DNA of 64,000 nucleotides from Obrimoposthia wandeli (taxonomy: Eukaryota), in contig CDROCS010002077.1 in assembly GCA_977020255.1 (NCBI GenBank), positions 310,001 to 374,000 of the forward strand. Reading direction: 5' to 3'. Positions 23,696 through 33,896 of the stretch are shown here, piece by piece (within the stretch, counting starts at the first letter, position 1; each line of letters begins with the position of its first letter). Made by a program: the position numbers and the translations under genes. The notes beneath the pieces are model-generated. The model made no database searches, was not told where the DNA came from, and saw only the letters and a list, made by a program, of their open reading frames with translations.

Positions 23696-23914
23696 ATGGG
23701 TGCTAGCCCTTCTTTACCTAAACTGAAATTTTCTTTCTATTCAAATTGTTGTAATGGAGAAGATATTGTTCAATCCAAAAGATTTAATTGGCTACACAGG
23801 AGTTTCAAAATTAGCAAAAAGAACAAAACAAAATTACAAGAAAACGCAGAAATGGCTGAGCGACCAGTTAGCCTACAGTCTGAACAAGCCGATGAGAAGA
23901 AGGTTTCCAACTAG
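23696..23914 (+). CDS. Small basic ORF overprinted on the integrase 5' end (MGASPS...CCNG)
   Basis: A homologous ORF sits at the same position in element 2 (59205-59378). Confidence 0.6.
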   Translation: MGASPSLPKLKFSFYSNCCNGEDIVQSKRFNWLHRSFKISKKNKTKLQENAEMAERPVSLQSEQADEKKVSN

Positions 23915-24781
23915 AGCTTACAAAACCAGCGGTCCTAATAATTTATGGCAAATGGTTTTGATGGAGATGATCCCATATTCTTCCATTAATAAGGGATATC
24001 GATATATTTTAACATGTATTGATGTATTTAGCAGGTTTGCTTGTGCAATTCCAGTTAAAGCAAAGTCTTCAATAGCTATGCTTGAAGCCATTAAAGAAAT
24101 ATTAAAAGAGGACATTCCACAAAATGTGCAAAGTGATTTAGGAAAAGAATTTTATAATAAGCAATTTCAGTCATTATTTAAACAAAATAATATAAATCAT
24201 TACTCTGTGTTTTCACAATACAAAGCAGCAGTAGTAGAAAGATTTAATCGTACTCTAAGAGATCGAATAAAAAAGTATTTCACAAAAGAAGGAAATAAAA
24301 AATGGATCCAAGTTTTACCTAAAATAATACGCATATAATCACTCTGAACATAGAGGTCTCAAGGGAATGAGACCTGTTGATGTTACTAATAAAAACTCTA
24401 TTGACATTTGGATGAACAGGAATAAAAAAGATAAAAATTAAAAAAGCTAAATATAAGAAAAACGAATATGTTCGAATTTCGAAAATTAGCTCTACTCCAT
24501 TTATTAAAAACTTTGATCAGAATTGGAGCGATGAAATATTTTGTATAAGTAAAATTGATCAAAAGAGTAATCCAATAATGTATACTATTAAAGATGCTGA
24601 CAATAATATCGTTCACGGTAAATTTTACGAGCAAGAACTACAAGTAATATCAAATAACCCTAGCGTTTTCTGTATTCAAAAAATATTAAAATCTAAGGGT
24701 ACAGGTAAACATAAACAATACTTTGTTAAATGGCATGGTTATTCAGACCCAACTTGGATATCAGTATCTAATATAATATGA
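23754..24781 (+). pseudogene. Retroviral-like (DDE) integrase with C-terminal chromodomain
   Basis: WQMVLMEM (first catalytic D changed to V), LTCIDVFSRF, QSDLGKEF, VVERFNRTL and YFVKWHGYSDPTWI. Several frameshifts. Confidence 0.92.
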
Positions 24782-25839
24782 ATTCTATGTATATGGTTTT
24801 ACCAAGTAACGGATGTCCGAAGACTCAACCAGATAATGACGCTAGTAGCTTTATTATCGATTGGGAAAATTCTATAAATCTCCAAGGAGAATGGAAAGCG
24901 GCTTTAACAGAATTTTCTTTTTATTATTCTCCAATTACTATCAAAAAAAACTCACATATTTCGTTTACAAAAGAAGTTTATCATGAAAAAACAACTGAAG
25001 TTGTGATCGGGTTTGATAGTAAAGGACAATTCTATTACAATTGTATAGATAAAGAAGTGAAAGTAATATTTGAAAATAACAAAGTCAGATTTAAAAATCG
25101 ATTAAAATTTCTTCAAATTATTAAAATTAATTTTGAATCTAAAAAAGAAGCTCTTCAATTCAGTTTTGATAGTGAACAAACAGTAGCTCGTAATAAACGG
25201 GATATAGTCTCATCTAAATCGGTTAGAAATATTCCTGGTAGAGTAGCAAAAGTGTTGTTACTTGAAACGAGACCAAAGACTGTAGTGAAACTGAAAAGGT
25301 TTTCAAAAGATTATAAATTAGATAGTGAAGTGAATTTCTGTAAATTAATACAGAAGGAATGTAGTGAATATTTTGATAAATGTGTAACATTAAAAAATGG
25401 TAAAATAACGTTTACAGTAAAGAGCAATATAATACGAGTTTTATTTGATGATAAACTCGCTAAAAACCTTGGTTTAAACAGTAATACCTTTGAAACCCAT
25501 ACAATAAAAACCATAAAAGCTAAAAATAAGGCAAAACTTTTAAATGCTGTTAATCATTTATATATTTATACTAATTTAATAGAACCAACGCTTGTAGGAG
25601 GACAGCGAGTTCCACTTTTGAGAACAATATGGATATCTAAAAATGAAACTAGAGATGGGGACACTGTCGGTATGTGTATAGATCAACCAATGTATCTTCC
25701 AGTTTCTCTCTTTTCTATAAACAATATTGAAGTAAATATTAGAGATGATTCCGGACAACTAATAGATTTCACGTACGGGGCCAAGACAAGTTTAACAATA
25801 CATTTAAGAAAACAAAATGGCGAATCCAGCAATAATTGA
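24778..25839 (+). CDS. Minor capsid protein (penton, single jelly-roll)
   Basis: N-terminal LPSN...N.AS.F.I.W.....L.GEW..ALTEF; C-terminal LYIYTNLIEP..VG....PLLR...YLPV....I.VNIRD..G. Confidence 0.85.
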   Translation: MNSMYMVLPSNGCPKTQPDNDASSFIIDWENSINLQGEWKAALTEFSFYYSPITIKKNSHISFTKEVYHEKTTEVVIGFDSKGQFYYNCIDKEVKVIFENNKVRFKNRLKFLQIIKINFESKKEALQFSFDSEQTVARNKRDIVSSKSVRNIPGRVAKVLLLETRPKTVVKLKRFSKDYKLDSEVNFCKLIQKECSEYFDKCVTLKNGKITFTVKSNIIRVLFDDKLAKNLGLNSNTFETHTIKTIKAKNKAKLLNAVNHLYIYTNLIEPTLVGGQRVPLLRTIWISKNETRDGDTVGMCIDQPMYLPVSLFSINNIEVNIRDDSGQLIDFTYGAKTSLTIHLRKQNGESSNN

Positions 25840-26194
25840 AGCTTATAGTCAAAGCCAACAAGGTGGAGAATTACCATATTTTGTTGGTAAACAATACGGA
25901 TCTGGCTGGCTTAGAACATTAGGTAGATTTGCCTTTCCTCTTTTAAAGAGACTCGGGCGATTTATATCAAAATTAGGAAAGGATTACCTTTCATCTAATG
26001 ACAATAAACTAATACCAACTTTTAAGAAGCATGCGCTTGATGAACTTGATAATGTTTTACCTGAAGTTGCTAATTTGATTAGAAAACGTAAATCAAATAA
26101 AAGCCAAGGAGGTAGTGGATATAAAAGTAAAAATAAGCTAAAAATTAATATAAACAAACGTAAGAAAGTTGAAGGAACAATATTTGCAAAATGA
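25817..26194 (+). CDS. Conserved small Polinton core/membrane-active protein
   Basis: YSQSQQGGELPYFVGKQYGSGWLRTLGRFAFPLLKR lies between penton and MCP; homolog at 56845-57246. Confidence 0.75.
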   Translation: MANPAIIEAYSQSQQGGELPYFVGKQYGSGWLRTLGRFAFPLLKRLGRFISKLGKDYLSSNDNKLIPTFKKHALDELDNVLPEVANLIRKRKSNKSQGGSGYKSKNKLKININKRKKVEGTIFAK

Positions 26195-27274
26195 GTTGCG
26201 CCAAAACTGAATTATGTATTTTTGATAAACCGCTTCCACAAGTAGTTGTAGATAATGCTTCCTTTGAAGAAATATTCCTTGTTAACTCAGTTTCAGGAAC
26301 CACTTTAACCGATTTAGAATTTAATATTAATGGTTCCAATAGCGAGTATTTAGATTTGAATGATACTTTGCTTTATGTTCAAATAAAAGTATTAAATCGG
26401 GATGGTACTAATTTAGATGAAAATGCTGATGTAACACCTGTAAATTATCTATTTAATTCTTTATTTAATGATGCCATTGTTACTCTTAATAATGTCAAAA
26501 TTGAAGGTGGAAATTCTTCCTATACTCATAAAGCTTTGATTGAAAGTCTTTTGAATTATAGTACTGATACTCAAAATACTAATTTGGCAACCATTGGTTA
26601 TGATAAAACTGATGCAACTCGCAAAGAATGGATTGCAGGTTCTAAAGCTTACGAAATGTGTGGGTCTTTGAGATTGAATTTCTTTGAACAACCGAAATAT
26701 TTAATTCCCGGTGTTAATGTACATCTTCGTTTGAAACGTAATAAATGGAATTTTTCTTTGATAAGCACGGACATTCTAAAACCTAGACTTGATATTTTGG
26801 ATGCAAAATTGTATGTTCGAAGAGTTAAAACCGAGCAATCAGTTTTAATGGCACATAATATAGGAATGGAAAAAAACAATGCTTGTTATCCTATTAGAGA
26901 AACTAAACTTATATCTTATTCTTTAGGTACGCGTTCACAAGCTTTTAATAAGGATCAAATTTTTGGTGATGTAAGATTTCGAAGGTAACGCTTATGCTTT
27001 GGCTTATACCCAATCTATTATTCGAAATTTGGGTCAACTAGATAAAAATATAAACAATAGTATTTCTTTCACTGACTTTAAAAACAGCTGCCCGTTCTTC
27101 ACATTTGTTTTGGCACCAGACTTTGATATAAACCAATGCCAACTACCAAAGGATGGAAATTTACGACTAGAAATTAAGTTCAATGCAGCTTTAACAAATC
27201 CTACTACGGTGCTTATTTACGGAGTATTTGATTCGGAAATACAAATCAATAAAAACAGAACTGTCATATTATAG
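26191..27274 (+). pseudogene. Major capsid protein (double jelly-roll), broken by an internal deletion
   Basis: KTELCIFD.P.PQVV, DLEF.I......YLDLNDTLLY, LFNSLF, FFEQPKYLIPGV and GNLRLEIKF. Relative to the intact copy at 55634-56848 it lacks roughly 45 aa after FGDVR. Confidence 0.9.
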
Positions 27275-27275
27275 A

Positions 27276-27656
27276 ATGGAGTAAGACATATTTTAAATTT
27301 ATATTTATTAATTTTTATTTAGTTCAAAACAAGTAAAAGAATCAGCAGAGAAGGTCCTGGGTGATAAATTCAATGGAGTTTATCCTATTGATATGATTCC
27401 ATTTTTTCAATCTGGAGGTTACATTATCAATACTCATACTTCGAATTTACCAGGAGAACATTGGATAGTTATATATGTTAGAGAGTGGACAATACATGTA
27501 TTTGATCCACTTGCAATGTATTATCCACACAAACTTGTTTCAACTATTCAAAAAGGACGAAGAAGAGTATTTTACAACAAGATACAATATAAGGATCCTG
27601 CGACGAGAAACTGTGGACATTTATGTATTTTATGGTTATCGTTACAAAACGATTAG
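27276..27656 (+). CDS. Adenain-like cysteine maturation protease; exons 27276-27280 and 27323-27656
   Basis: Spliced product MDSKQVKESAEKVLGDKFNGVYPID...IINT....PGEHW...FDP...NCGHLC carries the His/Asp/Cys triad. The oxyanion Gln position appears to be K. The intron is 42 nt. Confidence 0.88.
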
Positions 27657-27931
27657 TGTGTTATAAAAATAAAAATTTTAAATGTTTTATTTTGAATTAT
27701 TTTTTAAATCTCTAAAAATTTAAGGGTAAAATAATAAAAGACATAAGACAATTTTTTTAATACATTTATTAATCACAACATCACAATGAGATATGTCAGC
27801 AAAGATAAGGCATAATAAATAAGGTCCATCCTAAAAAAAGTATTGAAATAACAAATAAGTTAGAGTCTAGGTGCCATAGGGATCTAAAATTTTAAAAAAC
27901 TAAAATAAAAAAATAAAAAAATGAAAACCGT

Positions 27932-30900
27932 TTAAATTCTGAAGTGTCCATAAGCCAGGCTAGCGTTCTTTTCTACCCAAAAGCGCTTGTCGTCATTACT
28001 ACTCAACGCGATTTTGGTTGATTTATGGGAATACAGTTGATGGGCTCTTGAAATAAATCTAGTTTGCTCAACGCTTTCAATACACCCAGTATCATAAACT
28101 TTCCGGTAGGCCTCATGTGTAAGATTGTTTCTTCCCACACCCTTTGCTCTCATTGAACATGTATTATTAGATGCATGTAAACTGTAGCATTTAGGGCGTA
28201 GGAAAATACAATCATCATACGAAACCTGTCCCTCGATTTCATCCTTAAATTTCCCGATAATGTCCTTTAAACTCATAGAGTGTAGAGGATGGTTAACGGG
28301 ATATTTATGGGTATTTAGTAAGTTGTCCCTAAACATTGCTGGTAATAATTGATTATTTAAACTAACATTCCTACATTCTAAAAAGAAAGAGTCAGTGTCC
28401 CCAGCTGCGATTTTAATCTCACAATTAAATTCTTGTCGGTATTTCTCCAATTCTATGTATTGAAGCTCATACATTCTGAGTTTAGAAATGTCTAAAACCG
28501 TTTGACCTATATAACTCGGTCGATCGAGAAAAATACTCTGTTTTCCTAATAACACTGCTACCAAGTCATCTGCAATTGTAAAACTACGCTTGAAGTTGTA
28601 CTTGCTAGTATATGTTATTAGTTTACGCTCATCATTGCAAAACGTAGACAAATACGTTTCCGCAAGTCCTCTACAGTTTTTCCAAAGAGACTATTACTTT
28701 TTAACTTGTAAAAATCTCGATCGAATTTGCTAGTGGCCAAATTACGTTTTCTTGAATTCTTCTCAATATAGTCTTTAAACACAAAGTTTTGACTGAATCT
28801 TATAGCACGATGAATTCGAGTAACTTTCGCTCCCAACTTTAAGTAGAATTGAAGAAGCCGCCAATGCACAACATAATTCAACTTGTCTTCATGGGTTAAC
28901 AATAATTTCTTAACCTTTGAATTAGGTGGGCATTGATGAACAGGCGCTACTGGAAGATCATCTAATTTATCATGCACATTGGGAGGGATTTTTATGTACA
29001 CCTCAACCAAATAGCCGACGTCGGATGAAACTGTATCAACAGTAGCCAAATCTGTCATCAACTTATTCAACTGATCCACATCATAAACCTACTTAAAGTT
29101 GGCATGAGGTAGAGGTTGAGTAAGCGCCCACCCATACAAATTATTAATATCGATGTACAGAATCTCCGTGGATTGATTTTTGACAACATGATGTTTGTTG
29201 ACAAAAGTCATTCCACCGCGTATACCATAATCATACATTTGATACATCGCGGGATCTTGCAGTAACTTGATATTAATTTTAAGTGTTTTTAATGCTGTTA
29301 CCCATGAAAGACCAGGTAAACTAAAGAAATGCATGGGATCTAGCCCATCTTCTGCTAAAGACTTTACACGAAAGGACTCAAAAACATCAGCTAAAAGATA
29401 AATGTCTAACTTCATATAATAAAGCATATATTCTAAAAGATTTTGACAATTATTCACCCAAAATGTACGGGCCTCATTATAGTCTTGAAGACTTACACCC
29501 TCAAATTCAGTTATGGGTGGGATTTCAGTAGTATTTTCTAAATCTGCAAAGGTTTTCGCAAATTTATACGGAAAAATCCCCGTATCGTTAACCGAAGCTG
29601 GAAACACTGACTGTGTGATTGGCCATGCATTTAAAGATGCCGTTAAATGTTTTTTTAAAGACCCGCTAAAAACTGCAGAGAATCGATGAATCTTAAACTG
29701 CAGAATTCAGTATATGCAGTTAAAGATAAATATTTCTCTGAAGTTTGAGGTATACATGAAATTTCCCAAGAGCTTAATGTACCCAACACGTATTTAAGTA
29801 TATGATGCAAATCATATCCTTTGAGGTTATGAAACACGATGGGAATGCGTGGTTTTTTAGGGAGACGACGGCCAAGGTTACAAAGGTTGCACGCCGCTCC
29901 CAAGTATCGCCCCGTAACATGATCGTGATCTCTGACTAACTTAGACTGGGTTCCACACAAATAACATAATCTACAAGAATTAAAATTAACCCAGTCTATG
30001 CCTGTCATGATCATTGCTTGATGAGCATTGAGATCATACCACGGTTTGACAATTGTTGTTCCTAATTCCTCTAATTTTAACATAAAATCTAAAATACAAT
30101 TTGGATCGGAAAATTTATGATACTGGGTAATATTGGGGCCTAAGAATAGTAGTCCTGCCGAAGCCGGTAGGTGAATACTCTCATACTGGTCGTGCAATGC
30201 TAAAATTGACTCAAAATCTGCATACACCCTGAATTCCACGGGTATGCATTTTGCCCAATCCCTGAATTTTAAATCCTTATCCTTAGGCATGCTATATAGC
30301 GTATTGTCATCAGGATTTAGTGAGCATAATGTCAGATGTTTGCTGTAAGAGAGCTCGGATCGGAACCCATGCAAACATCTATGACACCACTTACACCTTA
30401 TCCTAACCGGTAAGGCTCCATTATCTAAATTTAAAAGACGATCTAAACTGGGAATTGCAGCATAATGGAATATATTATTATGTTCAAGCAAAATTAAGTT
30501 GACCTGAGTCCCTTCATTTTTGCTCCTATAAATTACATCTACAAAAGGATTTTTAAAAATTTCTTCATCTGTTACATTAACTGGGATATCAGTATTATAT
30601 TTGAATACATTAATACTCAAGTTATTAAGATGTTCAAATCTTGATATCGCAGTTAATTTAACAGGAAAATCTATTCCATGATACTGCAATTCATTTAAAA
30701 AAGGGGTATATTTACTGACACGCTCTCTATGCTCAGTAATTACATCCCTTTTGAGGATGGCCAACACGCTATACAGAAAGCAAAGGTTATCAATGTTTTG
30801 TACGTTAACAATGGAACGTGAAAGTTGAAGAGATCTAGGTGAAGGAATATATGAACTCCCCGAAAGATATATCATGTCAGTGAACTTTGTTAGAACAAAG

Positions 30901-31184
30901 CTAACATCGTGAATTTTAACTAGAGTCCATCCACTACTTAACTCGCTATAATTAGCAATTTTTTCATCAAGGTTTCTTCCAATTTCAGTTACAAAATTAT
31001 CATAAAAAACAGTTGCTTTATGTGAAAATACCCAAGTTTTAGTTTCCTCATTGACATTTTTAAACTGCACTGTTGCGCAAAATTGAACTTTAGCCTGTCC
31101 TAATTTAGTCACTTCTGATTTTAAAAGATTTTCAATATTTGAATCTACACCTACGTTTAATAAAATTTCATTTCCTAATGGCAC
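27932..31184 (-). pseudogene. Protein-primed family B DNA polymerase (pPolB) body, frameshifted into four or more pieces
   Basis: SGW..SGSSYIP, NIDNLCFLYSVL...HYAAI (vOTU-like), VYADFES, CYLC..DHDHVTGRY.GAAC..CNL (endonuclease VII-like), FHNLKGYD, IDSLQF, YIDINNLYG, KLKSNSLFGK, GDTDS, KCY and KGV. Confidence 0.95.
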
Positions 31185-31243
31185 CTTAACTATAACATAT
31201 TTATTATATAGGTGATACTCTATAGTAGCACCGTTTTCTCTAC

Positions 31244-32397
31244 CTTATTAAGAAATTGGCCTTGCCTCTTTCTTCCGTTTGTCGCTGACAAACCTCCCCC
31301 TAATTGAACGGGAAGACAACTATTTATATTAATAGTTGAGACAATCGCAGCTGAGGTTGAAGGTGCTGCTATTGGACATGCTGCCGATGTTGAGGCAATT
31401 GCAGCTGATGTGGAAGCTGCTGCTATTGTTGATGCTGCCGATGTTGAGGCAACTGTAGCTGATGTTGAAGGGACTGCTGACCTTTCCGATGAAGAAGCGG
31501 CTGTTGTAGAGGTTAGTGCTGCTGAAATATATTAAAAAATAAATATATTTTTAAAAATTATTACCTCTAAGACGTGCTAACATCGATGTAGGCACTCGCG
31601 ATGGTGGAGACATATCTGTTGTAGCAGATGACGATTGTAGAACGGTATTTCCTGATTAAATAATATAAATAAAATATATATATTAAAAATAAAATATATA
31701 ATTACAATTTACAAAAATAAAAAAATACCTAATGAAGGCAATCCAAGTTGAGCTGGAACGAAGTCCTCTTCATTGATGGAATCCATCCAGCTGTCGTCCG
31801 TTGACTCGATGAAATCGGATTCCTCGATGGTCTCCATACATGAGTTATCGCTCCACTGAGGCTGCTCCATCTCGAAATCTGACTGGGTGATATTTCGCAT
31901 CCAGTCATTGTTTGAGAATTGGGTTGCTGGTGCCAACTCCTCAAAATCTTCCTCGGAGATGTCATTCATCCACTCATTGTTAGACATTTGAGTGGATGGG
32001 GCAGCAGCAGAATCAGGAGCCGGGAGAGAAGGACCAATGGCAGGACCATAAACTGGTAGACTGACAGCCACTGTAAATGGAGGTGGAGCTCGAGCGGCCT
32101 GCGAATCGCGCACCAATTGGACGATATCCCTCTTCTTGTTGTTGGCCGTGAAACACGATAGGTGAGCTCGATGTTCACAGAAGAATTCTCGAAACTCCTT
32201 CTCCTCCATTGTTCTGCAGAAGGGGCAGACGAAGAACAGAACACCTTGAGACTTGGTCCGGTAGTATGCAGACATTGTCTCCATGCCGGACTCTCCTCCA
32301 TGCGGAGCCGAAGCACCGCAATACGCAGGGAATAGGTTACACGTAATCTGAAATAATAAATATTAATAAGGAAATAATAAAAATAAATTCTTACCAT
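31244..32397 (-). CDS. Spliced 5' extension of the pPolB gene; exons 32397-32395, 32347-31729, 31651-31565 and 31521 to about 31244
   Basis: Three GT-AG introns give one open frame. Its N-terminus aligns with the N-terminus of the intronless pPolB of element 2. Joining to the 31184 ORF needs a fourth intron or a frameshift. Confidence 0.7.
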
Positions 32398-32479
32398 AGG
32401 CATTATTTCAAATTGTCGGGGATTTAAATGAAGAAAGTGTTTGCTTATATACTAAAATTTATGCACGCATGCTCTTTTC

Positions 32480-32750
32480 CTATTGGATTAAAAAATTGAA
32501 TTTATTCCTCCACTGAGAAGGATTGTTTATCTGTTATTGGATGAAAAAATAATTTTATTCCTCCAATTAAAGAGAAGGATTGTTTATCTGTTATTGGATG
32601 AAAAAATAATTTTATTCCTCCAATTAAAGAGAAGGATTATTCATATATTATAGGTTGAAAAAATTTTTATTCCTCCAATCAAAAGGCTTATTTGTAAATA
32701 AATGTAAAATTTTAATAATGAATTCCTCCAATTAGAAGAATTGTTTATCT
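32480..32750. repeat. About five tandem 57-bp repeats with CCAAT/ATTGG boxes upstream of the spliced pPolB start
   Basis: The unit ttattcctccaattaaagagaaggattgtttatctgttattggatgaaaaaataatt recurs at 32502, 32555, 32612, 32667 and about 32720. Confidence 0.85.
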
Positions 32751-33254
32751 ACATGTCAAGTAATAATAAGAAAGACTTAAACATTTTTTATATGCGCAAT
32801 GGTCACCATGATTACGATATGGACAGCAAATATTTTGTGGAATATTTAATAGATGGTCACGTGAAATATTTAAAGTATTCAACCTCAATTTAGGAAAATA
32901 TTTTTTTAAAGTCTTATATCTTTTGCCATCCATGTCATCTAAAACATAAAAAATTCCATTTTCAATTTCAAAATTAGATTTAATAGTATCGAAAATACAT
33001 ATTTCACAAAAAGCCTTATGTCCTTCTTTCCATTTTAATAAATGGAAATATTTAGTTAGAGATAAATTAGTAAATTTTTTCTTATAATCTAAACTTTTAA
33101 ATGATATATCTATATGAAATATGAAATGCAAAGGATGAAAAACGTCGCATACATCCATAATACATAATTCTTTTATAATATAATCCCCATTTTTGTTAAT
33201 GAAAGCCTCAAAATCTATGATATATTCCTGCATAATTACCCAAATTTGTAGCAA
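32745..33254 (-). CDS. DEDD/DnaQ-like nuclease-fold protein (likely start 33233)
   Basis: IIDFEAF...YIIKELCI resembles ExoI (D-x-E); C-terminal CCPYRNHGDHCAYKKC. Homolog at 54754-55206. Confidence 0.6.
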   Translation of the reverse strand: MLQIWVIMQEYIIDFEAFINKNGDYIIKELCIMDVCDVFHPLHFIFHIDISFKSLDYKKKFTNLSLTKYFHLLKWKEGHKAFCEICIFDTIKSNFEIENGIFYVLDDMDGKRYKTLKKYFPKLRLNTLNISRDHLLNIPQNICCPYRNHGDHCAYKKCLSLSYYYLTCR

Positions 33255-33367
33255 ATCCCGTTGTTTATAACGAAAAACAATTAATCAAAAATTTATTAAA
33301 ATGACGAGGTAGTATTTAGACAATTTTATAACATAATCAATAAAGACAAAATAATAATCTATAAAAT

Positions 33368-33688
33368 TTATTTTTTTGTGGAAGGACCCTCTTCCGGTTT
33401 AATCTGGAGGATTCGCTTTCTTTCTGCTCGCCGAACATCCTCCGTCTCTTCTCTTCTTTTTTCCTCCGCCTTCCTTTTTTCCATTTCGATTTTCTTGTTC
33501 CACTCCACAACCCGACGTCGTTCTGCTAGCCGCCTGTCCTGAATCTCCACCCGACGATTCCACTCGGTCGCGACAGCAGTATATAAATTCTGGTTGAGGA
33601 TCCTCTTTCGTAAATCTCCTTTCTTCTCATTTAATCTTATATTTGCCTCGATCTTCGTCACCAAACTTTGCATTTTAATAAATTCCAT
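33368..33688 (-). CDS. Hypothetical charged coiled-coil protein
   Basis: 106-aa E/R/K-rich ORF with TATA-like and CCAATCA elements upstream (33720-33880). Confidence 0.55.
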   Translation of the reverse strand: MEFIKMQSLVTKIEANIRLNEKKGDLRKRILNQNLYTAVATEWNRRVEIQDRRLAERRRVVEWNKKIEMEKRKAEEKRREETEDVRRAERKRILQIKPEEGPSTKK

Positions 33689-33896
33689 TTTTTAATTATG
33701 AAGATGTTAATAAATTTGAACCTATATATATAAATTATATGTATATAAATTAAATATATTTTTAATCCAATCACAAGCAATTAAATCCCATTTATCAAAT
33801 GGAAGTTTAATAAATATATAACTAATCATTGCATTTATATTTAATCCTAAAAAATTTAATTATTCCTTAACAATCCAATCACATTCGAATAAGTTA

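Noticed and set aside
32150-32230. RING-H2 E3 ligase in the pPolB leader (CPFC...CEHRAHLSC)
   Set aside because: The final CxxC pair is missing, and the element 2 homolog keeps only CxxC and HxxH. Treated as an unclassified zinc-binding module.
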